A DNA stretch of 64,000 nucleotides from Nitrospirota bacterium (GTDB lineage Bacteria > Nitrospirota > Nitrospiria > JACQBZ01), in contig JACQCA010000012.1 in assembly GCA_016201865.1 (NCBI GenBank), positions 4,447 through 68,446 on the forward strand, in the 5' to 3' direction. Below are positions 53,607-62,780 of the stretch, piece after piece (position 1 is the first letter of the stretch; each line of letters opens with the position of its first letter). Both the position numbers and the translations under genes were made by a program. The notes under the pieces were generated by a model, which was not told the DNA's origin, searched no databases, and worked only from the letters and a program-made list of their open reading frames with translations.

Positions 53607-54716
53607 TTATTGTATTGGATTTTTTGTTCCTTCAACAGCGCCTCCGGCCGGTTGTGGCTGAGAAGCCGACGCATCTTCTTTAGGACTGCCTAAAAATAGA
53701 AATACCTGGACCCGTTGGTTATAAGTGTCCGCCACGTAAATCCGGTTCTTGTCGTCAATCGCGATCCCCGCCGGAAGGTAGAAATCCCCTTCTTTTTCAC
53801 CTGTTTGACCGAAATTCATCAATAAATCCCCTGTGCGGTCGAAGATCTGAATCGTGTCGAAGATCCCGTCCACAACGTAAATATGCCCTTCCAAATCCAC
53901 GGCGACGCCCTTCGGCTTTGAAAAACTACCGAGGATATTGCCCATTTGACCTAACTTTCCCTGAAATTTTCCTTCCGAGTCGAAAATCTGCACGCGGAAA
54001 TTCATCGAGTCCGTAATGTAGAGGGCGCCTTTGGAATCAACCGCAATGTGGGTCGGAAAATTTAATTCGCCCTCTTTTTCGCCCCGTTGGCCGAAGGTCG
54101 TTACCACGTTGCCGTCCGGATCGAATACCGTTACCCGATGGGCCGCGGTATCCACCGCGTAGAGGCGGCGCAACTTCGGATGATACGCGATGCCGGTCAG
54201 CCGCTGGAACTGCCCCGGTTCGCCGATCGTCTTTACCAATCGTCGTCTTTTGGGTTCGTAGACAAAGATACGGTTGAGTTGGGAATCGGAAACATAAAGC
54301 AACCCCTTTTCATCCAGCGCCACGCCCACCGGCGACATCAACCGGGACCGGCCCCGGACAATCCAGAAGATTTGCTGATAGCTCTTCGATGGAAAATCGT
54401 AGATGTGGACCGTCTGTAGACCGGTGTCCGCCACATAAACGCGGCCGGAACCATCCGTTGCCACGGCATACGGACGAAGCATATGAGGGCTGCCTTCCTC
54501 GCCGAACAGAAATTCGACGGCCTTCATGAACCAACTCCGCTTGGCCCCCATGTCCTTCGGTTCGGAGAAACTATTCAGATACGAAATCACGGGAGGATCC
54601 GGCGGCGTCGGCCAAGACCGCTCGACACGAGATCGGACCGGTTCCATGGCGGCGCACGCCGATAGAACGACGACGATGCCGATCCCGATAACCGTCTGAA
54701 TCGCCCGCTTCATCAC
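53607..54716 (-). CDS. NHL-repeat beta-propeller lipoprotein (369 aa)
   Basis: Track start is GTG followed by ATG: MMKRAIQTVIGIGIVVVLSACAAME (lipobox LSAC). NHL blades: VYVADTGLQTVHIYD, LYVSDSQLNRIFVYE, LYAVDTAAHRVTVFD, LYITDSMNFRVQIFD, IYVVDGIFDTIQIFD, IYVADTYNQRVQVF. Confidence 0.8.
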   Translation of the reverse strand: MMKRAIQTVIGIGIVVVLSACAAMEPVRSRVERSWPTPPDPPVISYLNSFSEPKDMGAKRSWFMKAVEFLFGEEGSPHMLRPYAVATDGSGRVYVADTGLQTVHIYDFPSKSYQQIFWIVRGRSRLMSPVGVALDEKGLLYVSDSQLNRIFVYEPKRRRLVKTIGEPGQFQRLTGIAYHPKLRRLYAVDTAAHRVTVFDPDGNVVTTFGQRGEKEGELNFPTHIAVDSKGALYITDSMNFRVQIFDSEGKFQGKLGQMGNILGSFSKPKGVAVDLEGHIYVVDGIFDTIQIFDRTGDLLMNFGQTGEKEGDFYLPAGIAIDDKNRIYVADTYNQRVQVFLFLGSPKEDASASQPQPAGGAVEGTKNPIQ

Positions 54717-56683
54717 TAAAATGCCCGGCTGGCTCGACCCATAACGGACCGGGATCCAAATCGCTTCCCGGCCGTTCGGGTTTCGACCTCTTGATACTGC
54801 GCTCCCAATGTTACGGCGCCGAGTTGATAACCAAGGTTCAGGTTGCCCTCCACGACATTGACGTCCGCCTGGTAACGATTGTCTTCCACGGAATCCCTTG
54901 CCGATATCAACGTGTTGATGCGCGAGAAGAGATACGTTGCGTACTGAACCTGCGTGGTGAGGACTTGCCGGTCCAAATGAAGCTCGGTCGGGTAATTGTC
55001 GATATGGTAGTTGGCTGTGGCGGAAAAACCGATCAAGGTGCCGTAGCTCGCAGTCAACTCACCGGACATGACCCTTCCTTCCACCCCGAAACCGGAGGTG
55101 TGGGAGTAACTGCCCCCGCCCCGGAGCCCCACGCTATCCCCAATCAGGATCAGATTCCTAAAATAAGAGCTGTCGGCCGATAACTGAATCAAATAGCTGC
55201 TCTGTTCCGACTTCACCGATTCGGTGACACGTTGGATGTCGCTAAAGGTCGCGCCAAGTCCCGCATGGATCTTTTCGGCGTTCGTGTTATCCACGCCGAA
55301 GTTGACGCTATTCCCCAAATCCCTTGAACTAAAACCGCCCGGCCGCGTGTCCGATTCACCGTAATTGATATTATAAGCCGCTCGGTACTGAAAGCGTTGC
55401 CACGGTTTGGTGTAACTGATGCTGGACTGGTAGTGCTGAAAGAGATTGTCCGTGTTTGCGGTGCCGGTCGCGCGCATTGACGTCATTCCCCCGCTCCCGC
55501 TCAATCCGGTGGTCAAACCGAAAAAGGGACGGTAATTTAGGCTCGCATCGGCCGATTCGGAGTTGACGGTCGAATCGGTAGAGGAAACGAGCAGGTATCG
55601 AGCGCCGAAGCCCGAGTCCGTTTTTTCGTTATAGCGCAGATTGGCCGAACCCTGCACGGCATGGCTCTTAAAGTCATTCACAAAGGGATTCTCGCTGTAG
55701 TTGTAAGAAGCGCTGCCGTCCCACCAGTACAACGGCGGCCGATAGAATATTCCCATCCCGGCGCTCCGCTCTTGAAAGAGGGTGACTCCGGGCGTCTGTA
55801 CATTTTCAGGAAGATGACTGCTCGAGTACCGACCGTAGGCCGTTACGATCAGGCTGGTGGTCAACTGGGAACTGGTGTCGATATTAACTCCGTGCGAACG
55901 GGACGTCCCGCCCGGGGGGGCTTCGGTCGTGCTCAACTGGTAACCGACGGCAATGCGGGTGACTCCGACCGATGTATCGGTAAAGGCGCTGTAAGCATGG
56001 CTGGTCGATCTCCCGCCCGGATGCGTCGCCGTCTCCTGGTAACTCAAAACCAACCGCGGCAGATGGCTGATACTCATGACCCAATTGGCGCCGAGAGAAT
56101 CAATGCGGTCTTTGGTCGTGACCCTCAAGGTGGCGAGCTCCAAGTCGGTCTTCCGCACGGTTCGTTGACCGGTCAGACCGAGCGGCGACCATTGCGGAAA
56201 CAAATTCAGCGCAAGCCGGTAACTCGTCACGCTAAAACGGTTCTTCTGATCCGTCGTCTCGACATTCACGGTCTGATTCAACAATGAGACCTCCCCGTTG
56301 TAACTACCCACGCGATAGGCGTCTCCGGACAGATTAAGATTGGCCTGCAGGCCGGACGAGTTGACCGCGGAATTTCCGTTGTCGGCCAAGGTGATGGCCC
56401 GACTGTAATTCACGTTCAACGATCCGCCGAGATTGAGAATCCGCGCTTCCGCGGTAGAGACCGGCCACGGCATCTCTCCGCCCATGACGATGCTGAAAAC
56501 GGCCCCGATCCAGAACCAAAACCATGGACCCCGGCGGCGGTTAACGGCCGGCTTCGCGCAAGGGCAATCCACACCCTCGTTTCGATGGGGGCAGGCGTTC
56601 GATTCACCCTTGCAACGGGTCACATCCAACGACCGGAATCGACTTTTCACGCAATGGGATCCCTTGCTCGTCTTTCGTATCAA
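54716..56683 (-). CDS. predicted large outer-membrane beta-barrel protein (porin-like, up to 655 aa)
   Basis: Composition and pattern typical of an OMP barrel: Gly/Ser/Thr/Tyr/Asn-rich, alternating hydrophobic residues, many short Y.x.Y/(S/T).x.(S/T) strands, C-terminus ...VMGRASRAF ending in Phe. A hydrophobic signal-like segment WFWFWIGAVFSIVMGGEMPWPVSTAEA lies about 60 aa into the track ORF, so the first ~50 Cys/Arg-rich residues are probably not translated and the true start is near 56540. Confidence 0.55.
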   Translation of the reverse strand: MIRKTSKGSHCVKSRFRSLDVTRCKGESNACPHRNEGVDCPCAKPAVNRRRGPWFWFWIGAVFSIVMGGEMPWPVSTAEARILNLGGSLNVNYSRAITLADNGNSAVNSSGLQANLNLSGDAYRVGSYNGEVSLLNQTVNVETTDQKNRFSVTSYRLALNLFPQWSPLGLTGQRTVRKTDLELATLRVTTKDRIDSLGANWVMSISHLPRLVLSYQETATHPGGRSTSHAYSAFTDTSVGVTRIAVGYQLSTTEAPPGGTSRSHGVNIDTSSQLTTSLIVTAYGRYSSSHLPENVQTPGVTLFQERSAGMGIFYRPPLYWWDGSASYNYSENPFVNDFKSHAVQGSANLRYNEKTDSGFGARYLLVSSTDSTVNSESADASLNYRPFFGLTTGLSGSGGMTSMRATGTANTDNLFQHYQSSISYTKPWQRFQYRAAYNINYGESDTRPGGFSSRDLGNSVNFGVDNTNAEKIHAGLGATFSDIQRVTESVKSEQSSYLIQLSADSSYFRNLILIGDSVGLRGGGSYSHTSGFGVEGRVMSGELTASYGTLIGFSATANYHIDNYPTELHLDRQVLTTQVQYATYLFSRINTLISARDSVEDNRYQADVNVVEGNLNLGYQLGAVTLGAQYQEVETRTAGKRFGSRSVMGRASRAF

Positions 56684-56792
56684 CGGCCTCGCGCCCAGGA
56701 TTCATGTCGCTGCTGACGAATTAAATGGCGATCTATTTATCCCGCCGCCTCGTCCTAACGAAACGGCGTTCCCACGGTTTTTTACGCTTGAA

Positions 56793-57767
56793 TCAGTAAA
56801 TCTTGATCTCGGCCTTCGTCTTCAGGCCCGCAGCCCACTCCGCAAAACGTTTTTCGATGGCCGACGTCTTCATTTCTCTTCGTAATAACTCTTTATCCAC
56901 CTCCTCGTAACTCAACGGCTTGGAGGGACGTTTTTCCTCGATCTTGAACACGACATAGCCTTGAAGCAGTCTCACCGGATCGACGACGTCGCCGACCTTC
57001 CGTGAGAATGCCGCCTCCTCCATATCCGTAAACGGCAGACGACCCTGATGGAGCAAACCGGTGTCTCCTCCGTTCACCTTCGTTTCGTCATCCTCCGAAA
57101 ATTCAGCGGCCAACGAGGCCGCGTCCTCGCCCGCGCGGATTCGATCCGCAAGCCCCTGGGCTTTTTTACGGCCTTCTTCCCAGTCCGGCTCGCTCCCGCC
57201 GGGCTCGACCTTGATCAGGATCATTCGTAGACGAATCGCATCGGGTATGACAAACTGCTCCCGATGCCCGTCGTAGTAGGTTTTGAGCTCGTCGTCCGTG
57301 AGCACAATCTTGGAACGAACCTCTTGTTCCGTCACCTTTCGGATCATCAGATAACGCCCAAGCCCCTCGCGGACGTCGGACGGCGTCAGGCCCTGTCGAT
57401 CCAGGTTTTCCTTAAACTGCTTCTCGGAAGGGAAACGGCCCGCAATCCTGGAAAATTCGGCTTCCACCTCATTGGATTCAACCTTGATCCCAAGCCGAAT
57501 GGCTTCCTGATAAATCAGTTCCCTCACGATGAGCTTATTCAATTCTTCCTGTCGAATCTCGAAGAGACGATTTTGGGATAAAGATCGGTGGCCGGTGGCC
57601 GGAATTCGCTCTTCGATCGCCTGCTTCAACATCTTTACCGTAATGGGCGTATTATTGACTTTGGCGATCGGATCGGAATCCTTCTTTCCGCCTGCGGCGG
57701 ACGATTCCGCGGCCCGGCCCGTTCCGGCCAACACCAAGAACATAAGACAGGCGATGATGGTCCTCAT
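56793..57767 (-). CDS. SurA-like periplasmic chaperone / PpiC (parvulin)-type peptidyl-prolyl cis-trans isomerase (324 aa)
   Basis: Signal MRTIIACLMFLVLAGTGRA. The SurA_N-like region (PITVKMLKQAIEERIP...ELNKLIVRELIYQEA) is followed by one parvulin rotamase domain (EFSEDDETKVNGGDTGLLHQGRLPFTDMEEAAFSRKVGDVVDPVRLLQGYVVFKIEEKR). RBS AGGAG about 9 nt before the ATG. Confidence 0.75.
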   Translation of the reverse strand: MRTIIACLMFLVLAGTGRAAESSAAGGKKDSDPIAKVNNTPITVKMLKQAIEERIPATGHRSLSQNRLFEIRQEELNKLIVRELIYQEAIRLGIKVESNEVEAEFSRIAGRFPSEKQFKENLDRQGLTPSDVREGLGRYLMIRKVTEQEVRSKIVLTDDELKTYYDGHREQFVIPDAIRLRMILIKVEPGGSEPDWEEGRKKAQGLADRIRAGEDAASLAAEFSEDDETKVNGGDTGLLHQGRLPFTDMEEAAFSRKVGDVVDPVRLLQGYVVFKIEEKRPSKPLSYEEVDKELLRREMKTSAIEKRFAEWAAGLKTKAEIKIY

Positions 57768-57804
57768 GACTTGTTTGCTCCTAATGAATCAAAAATACCG
57801 TAAC

Positions 57805-57893
57805 TCATATACAAAAGCGGGTAATCCTCCCCGACGTCGCATCGGGGAGGATTACCCAAGCTTCTGTAGGGGTTTGATTAATCAAACCCCTAC
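57805..57893 (-). terminator. rho-independent terminator region after the tetraheme cytochrome gene 57915..58952: two perfect hairpins, the second followed by a U-tract
   Basis: Hairpin A at about 57866-57893: gtaggggtttgattaatcaaacccctac (28-nt perfect palindrome). Hairpin B at about 57819-57857: gggtaatcctccccga-cgtcgca-tcggggaggattaccc (16-bp stem). On the transcript hairpin B is followed by GCUUUUGUAUAU. It lies between the cytochrome stop (57915) and the SurA start (57767). Confidence 0.55.
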
Positions 57894-57914
57894 AACACAA
57901 GGGCATTGCGCCCC

Positions 57915-58952
57915 TTATTTCTCATGGCAGGACAGGCAGACCGCGCTCCCCGCGTTCGGATTATCCGCGATCTTGGTGCTGTCAATAATGCCAAGCACCG
58001 TGCCCACCGTCGTGGTTCCGCCGCCCTTTTCGATGCCGCCGGGTACAGCAGTAGTGGTCGGCAACCTTAAGAACAGAGGCCTCGGCGCATGCGGGTTGTG
58101 GCAGGAGGCGCACTCCACCCATGTCCCCACAGTGGTACTTCCACCGCTTGCAGGATAGAGCCGTAGCGCATCCCGTCTATCTTGCGGCGGCAAAGCCCCG
58201 GTCCGGCCTATCTTCTGGATAAGGCCGTCCGTAACAAGAGCGCCGCTCAGGAGCACGTCACTGAACTGTGGATCACCGGCAGGCATCGGGAAGCTGATCG
58301 GATGGTCATCCGACAGATCCTTTGTCAGGTTCGGGAACGGAATGGCGCCTCCCAGAATCGTCCCGTAGTTCGGACCGGTATCGGTACGATCCGGCGTGCC
58401 TAAGGCTGCGCCCTCCATCGACAGATCGAGATCCAAAAACGCGCTGCCAGCGGGCTTTGTGATCGCACCGGTCGAGGTGGTGTTGGTCTTCCCGAAGAAC
58501 TTACCCGAGCCGCCTCCGTTGATAAAGGCATCCAACGCGGCCACGCCGTCATGGCAGGAAAGACAGGCAAGTGAAACGCCCATCGGTTGGCCCGCGCTGC
58601 CCTGATCGAAGTTGGGGCTGGTGTAGGTCGAGTAGCCCGAACTGGTCGGGATGGCCCGGTTCCACAGAGGCGCGGCCGCCGTGCCTACATTGGCGCCGTG
58701 CGGCGTATGGCAGAAGACGCAGACCTCGGTCGTCGGGCTGCCGCCCGCGCCGATGTTCGTTCCGGCGACCGGGTTGGATGTGCTCAGGTTATGGAGCGTA
58801 TTTCTTACATTCTCCGCCGGCCAGCTCGTATGGGCTATGCCCAAATGCAGCGCCCATGCGGAGATCGGGGCGGTGATGAAAAACGCCCCTGCAATGAGCA
58901 GAGTCAGGGCGAAAGACCTTCCGCTCCTGCTCCGGCTTTTTGGGTGTTCCAT
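57915..58952 (-). CDS. tetraheme c-type cytochrome, secreted (345 aa)
   Basis: CVFCHTPHG, CLSCHDG, CASCHNPHA, CLSCHEK, plus the family motifs APLWNR and LSDDHPISFP. Signal FALTLLIAGAFFITAPISAWA. Strong RBS AAAAAGGAGGGAAUAAG before the AUG. Confidence 0.85.
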   Translation of the reverse strand: MEHPKSRSRSGRSFALTLLIAGAFFITAPISAWALHLGIAHTSWPAENVRNTLHNLSTSNPVAGTNIGAGGSPTTEVCVFCHTPHGANVGTAAAPLWNRAIPTSSGYSTYTSPNFDQGSAGQPMGVSLACLSCHDGVAALDAFINGGGSGKFFGKTNTTSTGAITKPAGSAFLDLDLSMEGAALGTPDRTDTGPNYGTILGGAIPFPNLTKDLSDDHPISFPMPAGDPQFSDVLLSGALVTDGLIQKIGRTGALPPQDRRDALRLYPASGGSTTVGTWVECASCHNPHAPRPLFLRLPTTTAVPGGIEKGGGTTTVGTVLGIIDSTKIADNPNAGSAVCLSCHEK

Positions 58953-59279
58953 CTTATTCCCTCCTTTTTATTTTTTCCCGTTTCGAGATCCGGCTCTCGA
59001 GTGGCCCGATCTCGGTTGGTTCACAGTTCACAGCTTCATGGTCGCCGTGCCTGTCCTATGATCCGAGGCGCCATGCATTGCGCCTCTTTACTTATGGCGA
59101 TCCATGAATCGCCCGCGACAAACCGGGGTCCAGCCCCTCATCTTGGGCGCAATGAATTGCGCTCCTGCATTTCATAACATTTCCTCCTTTCTTGTATTTT
59201 TGTCTTGTGTTCTTGGTTCATCTTTTCCAATGGCCGCGGAGATAAACTCCGCGCTGTATCGGGCGCAATGAATTGCGCG
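58953..59279 (-). promoter_or_regulatory. 327-bp intergenic spacer carrying three copies of a GC-rich palindromic motif (consensus GCGCAAT-GA-ATTGCGC) and a possible 27-codon small ORF
   Basis: Copies at about 59263-59278 (gcgcaatgaattgcgc, 2 nt after the stop of gene 59280..60437), 59147-59162 (gcgcaatgaattgcgc) and 59065-59086 (gaggcgc-catgcatt-gcgcctc variant). An additional hairpin cgcggag-ataaa-ctccgcg is at about 59237-59255. A minus-strand small ORF, about 59092-59175 (MKCRSAIHCAQDEGLDPGLSRAIHGSP), has RBS AAAGGAGGA and overlaps the middle motif. Confidence 0.4.
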
Positions 59280-60437
59280 TTACTTCTGATGACAGGACAG
59301 ACAAATGGCGCTCCCTGAGTTCGGTTTCTGCCCCCAGGTTACCCCGGCATCCGTCGCAGACCACGCTGTATCAATCGTATCCGTCGGGCCGGTAATGTGC
59401 CAGTAATCAAGCGGATTATCAATTACACCCGTAGTCCTAATATCTTTTCTAATGGAGCTTGGGAGTCTTAAGAACGAGACCCTCGGCGTATGCGGGTTGT
59501 GGCATGAGGCGCATTCAACATAGTATCGGTTAGTGGGATAATCTGAGGGATAGAGCCGGATTCGATCCCGTTTGTCGGTTGCTAACTGTCCATCCTTCGT
59601 AACAAACATCACGCTCGAGCCGGCGGTGCCGCCGTCTAATGATGAGTTTTTTCCGATAAGAGAGAACTGCGGATCGAACGACGCGCATAGCCCTCCACAA
59701 AACCTGGGATCCGGCACCGCCATTCCGATGGGATGGTCATCCGAGAGATCGATGTCCAAGTTGGGAAAGGGATACGCGCTCTCGATAGGGCTTGCTCCGC
59801 CAATGACACCGGTAATGGTGTCATGAATACCCCCTGAATAAGGGCTTAGAGAAGTGAGGTTTGTTTCAGTGCCATTCCGGTAGTCGGGTGGCAATGCTCC
59901 TCCTCTCATACTGGAATCAGTATCGATGATTCCACCGCCGAAGTCGATAGCGGGAATGCTTATATTGCCGGTAATGCCTAAGTTCAATTTCTCAAATCCG
60001 CCGGAACCCGGCGCATTGATCAGCGCATCAACAGCGATCGTGCCGTCATGGCAGGATAAACAGGCCAGCGAGACCCCCTTCGGTTTTCCTGGGGTGTTCC
60101 CGCCTCTATCAAAGTTAACCGCGTTGTACTCTTTGTATGTTCCTGAATCCGGAAGGTTCCGGTTCCATAACGGGGCCAAAGCCTGGGTCGCCCCGTTTGC
60201 GCCGTGGGGCGTATGGCAGAAGACGCAGACCTCAGACATCGGGGGAAATGTTGTCGCCCCCCTGGCCAGGACATCCGGGTTTCCGATCATGTAATGTTTT
60301 GTATTTCTGATATCCTCCGTTTCGGTCACGGTATGGGTCGCCATGACTTCCGAGGCCACAAACCCACAGGCGGATATCATCAGCAGAGGAAGCGCATATC
60401 GCCGCAGGCCCTTGCTCTTCCCTTGAAAGGATTTCAT
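59280..60437 (-). CDS. tetraheme c-type cytochrome, secreted (385 aa), paralog of 57915..58952
   Basis: CVFCHTPHGANG, CLSCHDG, CASCHNPH, CLSCHQK, APLWNRNL, LSDDHPIGMAVP. Signal YALPLLMISACGFVASEVMA. Confidence 0.85.
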   Translation of the reverse strand: MKSFQGKSKGLRRYALPLLMISACGFVASEVMATHTVTETEDIRNTKHYMIGNPDVLARGATTFPPMSEVCVFCHTPHGANGATQALAPLWNRNLPDSGTYKEYNAVNFDRGGNTPGKPKGVSLACLSCHDGTIAVDALINAPGSGGFEKLNLGITGNISIPAIDFGGGIIDTDSSMRGGALPPDYRNGTETNLTSLSPYSGGIHDTITGVIGGASPIESAYPFPNLDIDLSDDHPIGMAVPDPRFCGGLCASFDPQFSLIGKNSSLDGGTAGSSVMFVTKDGQLATDKRDRIRLYPSDYPTNRYYVECASCHNPHTPRVSFLRLPSSIRKDIRTTGVIDNPLDYWHITGPTDTIDTAWSATDAGVTWGQKPNSGSAICLSCHQK

Positions 60438-60517
60438 TTTCTTCCCTCCCTATGTCGGTTCACCGTTGCCGCACGGACAACGGCTCGCCGCGCCAAAGAC
60501 AAACACACGATCTCGGT

Positions 60518-61618
60518 CTACTTCTCATGACAACTCAGGCAAATGGCGCTGCTGGCATTCGGTTGCTGACCCCAATTCTTTCCTCCGGGATGCCCGAGAC
60601 TGTCCGTCGGCGAAAGATTCGTCCTCACCAAATCCGGCACTCCGCTCGGCAATCTTAAGAATGAAACCCGAGGCGCATGCGGGTTATGGCATGAAGCGCA
60701 TTCGATAAAGTAACGCCCGGGCTGATCGGTCGAGGGATAAGCCCGAAGCCGGTCTCGTTTCTCAAGCGGCCAGATCACCGATCGGTCCGGGGATGTCCGG
60801 CTGATGAAGGCCACGCTGGTTCCATCCGTTCCTCCGTCCAACTTTGAGGCCGTCAATTCTTCGCAGATCTCGCTGAACTGGCTGTCGGTTATACATGGAA
60901 TCTCCATTCCGACCGGATGGTCATCCCGAAGGTCCTGGCCCAGATTCGGAAAAGGCTGGGCGCCTTCGCTGCCTTTTCCGACGCCGCGCACGAGATCATG
61001 AAGGCCTCCTGAATAAGGGCTTTCCGCCGTCGGCTCAACCTCTGTGGAATCTCTTAAACCCTCGGCAAACGTGTCGCTGGCATCCACAATCCCGCCCCCC
61101 AGAAAACTGATCTTGGGATCGCCGATTCCAGGACCCCGTCCTACGCCCAGATTGGCCGGAACGAATCCGCCCGAGCCGGATCCATTGATGAGGGAATCAA
61201 ACGCAATGCTTCCATCATGGCAGGACAGACAGGCCAGGGACACCCCTTTGGGCCGATGGGTTCCCAGGATATCTTGCGCGTCGAAATTAGGTGAACTGTA
61301 AACCTCATAGCTGGAATCGTCCGGAAGCAGCCGGTTCCAAAGGGGGGCGTGGCCCGGAGCGGCCATGTTGCCGCCGTGCGGGGTGTGACAGAAAACGCAG
61401 ATCTCGGTCGTGCCGATCGCGTTAATGTCCGGATTGGAGGAAAGATTGTGCTTTGTTTGGCTCACGTCTTCCGACAACCTCACATCATGACTTGCAATCG
61501 CCCATGTTCCCCCTAATAACAACAGGAGCACGTAAGTCATCGCTGGTAGCAAATAAACTGTTTTCGGCCGCATCGTTGCTCGTCCGCTTCGGGGGCCGTT
61601 GCCGCTCGCTGCTTTCAC
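60518..61618 (-). CDS. tetraheme c-type cytochrome, secreted (366 aa), paralog
   Basis: CVFCHTPHGG, CLSCHDG, CASCHNPHAPR, CLSCHEK, APLWNRLL, LRDDHPVGMEIP. Signal VYLLPAMTYVLLLLLGGTWAIA. RBS AGGGAGGGAAG. Confidence 0.85.
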   Translation of the reverse strand: MKAASGNGPRSGRATMRPKTVYLLPAMTYVLLLLLGGTWAIASHDVRLSEDVSQTKHNLSSNPDINAIGTTEICVFCHTPHGGNMAAPGHAPLWNRLLPDDSSYEVYSSPNFDAQDILGTHRPKGVSLACLSCHDGSIAFDSLINGSGSGGFVPANLGVGRGPGIGDPKISFLGGGIVDASDTFAEGLRDSTEVEPTAESPYSGGLHDLVRGVGKGSEGAQPFPNLGQDLRDDHPVGMEIPCITDSQFSEICEELTASKLDGGTDGTSVAFISRTSPDRSVIWPLEKRDRLRAYPSTDQPGRYFIECASCHNPHAPRVSFLRLPSGVPDLVRTNLSPTDSLGHPGGKNWGQQPNASSAICLSCHEK

Positions 61619-61636
61619 TTTCGTTTCCTCGCGACT

Positions 61637-62761
61637 CTACTTTTTACCCTCCACGCCGGACCCCACAACCTTTGCTTTGTATTTTTCGCCCATGTATTGA
61701 TAGATATTAATACGGTGATTGTATTGATCGGCTACGTAAATCTGGTCGTCCTCATCAATCGCCATGCCGGCTGGTAACCAGAGTTGTCCCGGTCTGCTTC
61801 CAAACCCCCCGAAGAAAAGGAGAAGCTGGCCTTGTTGATCAAAGATCTGAATGTTGCTGAAAGCGGCATCCACCACATAGACATGCCCCTCGGAGTCCAA
61901 GGCAATCCCCTTCGGTTTCGCGAAATGCCCGAGGGCGGTGCCGACGCCTCCGAATTTCGCTTGAAACTTTCCATCCGCGTCAAAAACCTGGACCCGAAAA
62001 TTAAACGTGTCCATGACAAACAGCTTGCCGTCCTTGTCGACGGCGATGTTGGTCGGCCAATTGAATAGGCCGTCCTCAACCCCTCGACCCCCGATCTCGA
62101 AAAGGAATTTCCCTTCGTCGGCATCAAAGACCGAAACTTTGTGTTTTTTGGTGTCCGCGATATAGACGCGTTTCAACGCGTCGTTCACTGCAATCCCCAC
62201 CGGTTGGTCGAAGCGGCCTTTTTCACCCATCGCCAGCAAGAAATTGCCGCTGTGATCATACACCACGGCCCGGTTTTGAACGACGTCGGTGACGTAGATC
62301 CGCCCGGCGGCATCCGTGGTCACCCCCATCGGCTTGGCCAAGACGCCCGGTCCCTCCAACCCGATCAATGTGAACTGTTGATTCTTGGTGTCAAAAACTA
62401 AAACGCTGGCCCATCCGCTGTCCGTCACCAGCAACCGGCCTTCTCGATCCATATGAACGGCGTACGGCTTGGCCAAACGCGCGCTCGGTTGGGCGCCGAC
62501 AATCAGCTCTCCGACTTGTTTCCAGAACGTTTGTTTTTCGACGTCGCGCGAGCCGGTGATGCTCTTTACAAACTTGATCTTCGGCTCCTCCGGCGGCAGC
62601 GGCCAGATCACCTCGGCCGGTTTCGGCGTCGCACAACCGGCCGATATTGATAAAGCACAAAAAAGCAGTAGAAACCCTATTCGTCTATCTTTTGCGCCTT
62701 GGAACACCGATCGGACCTCCCCCCTGTTCTTTTTTAACCTATGAAGCCTTGACTCTCTCAT
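61637..62761 (-). CDS. NHL-repeat beta-propeller lipoprotein (374 aa)
   Basis: Lipobox LLFCALSISAGCAT. NHL blades LLVTDSGWASVLVFD, IYVTDVVQNRAVVYD, VYIADTKKHKVSVFD, LFVMDTFNFRVQVFD, VYVVDAAFSNIQIFD, IYVADQYNHRINIY. It lies 18-19 nt from the cytochrome genes on both sides. Confidence 0.8.
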   Translation of the reverse strand: MRESRLHRLKKNRGEVRSVFQGAKDRRIGFLLLFCALSISAGCATPKPAEVIWPLPPEEPKIKFVKSITGSRDVEKQTFWKQVGELIVGAQPSARLAKPYAVHMDREGRLLVTDSGWASVLVFDTKNQQFTLIGLEGPGVLAKPMGVTTDAAGRIYVTDVVQNRAVVYDHSGNFLLAMGEKGRFDQPVGIAVNDALKRVYIADTKKHKVSVFDADEGKFLFEIGGRGVEDGLFNWPTNIAVDKDGKLFVMDTFNFRVQVFDADGKFQAKFGGVGTALGHFAKPKGIALDSEGHVYVVDAAFSNIQIFDQQGQLLLFFGGFGSRPGQLWLPAGMAIDEDDQIYVADQYNHRINIYQYMGEKYKAKVVGSGVEGKK

Positions 62762-62780
62762 TGTTTTAACCTTTTACCCC

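Noticed and set aside
54716-56683. Naming the barrel protein MtrB/PioB/Cyc2
   Set aside because: Size is compatible with MtrB/PioB, but I cannot verify homology without a search. There is no CXXCH, which excludes Cyc2-type fusion. Its partners are tetrahemes, not a decaheme MtrA-like protein.
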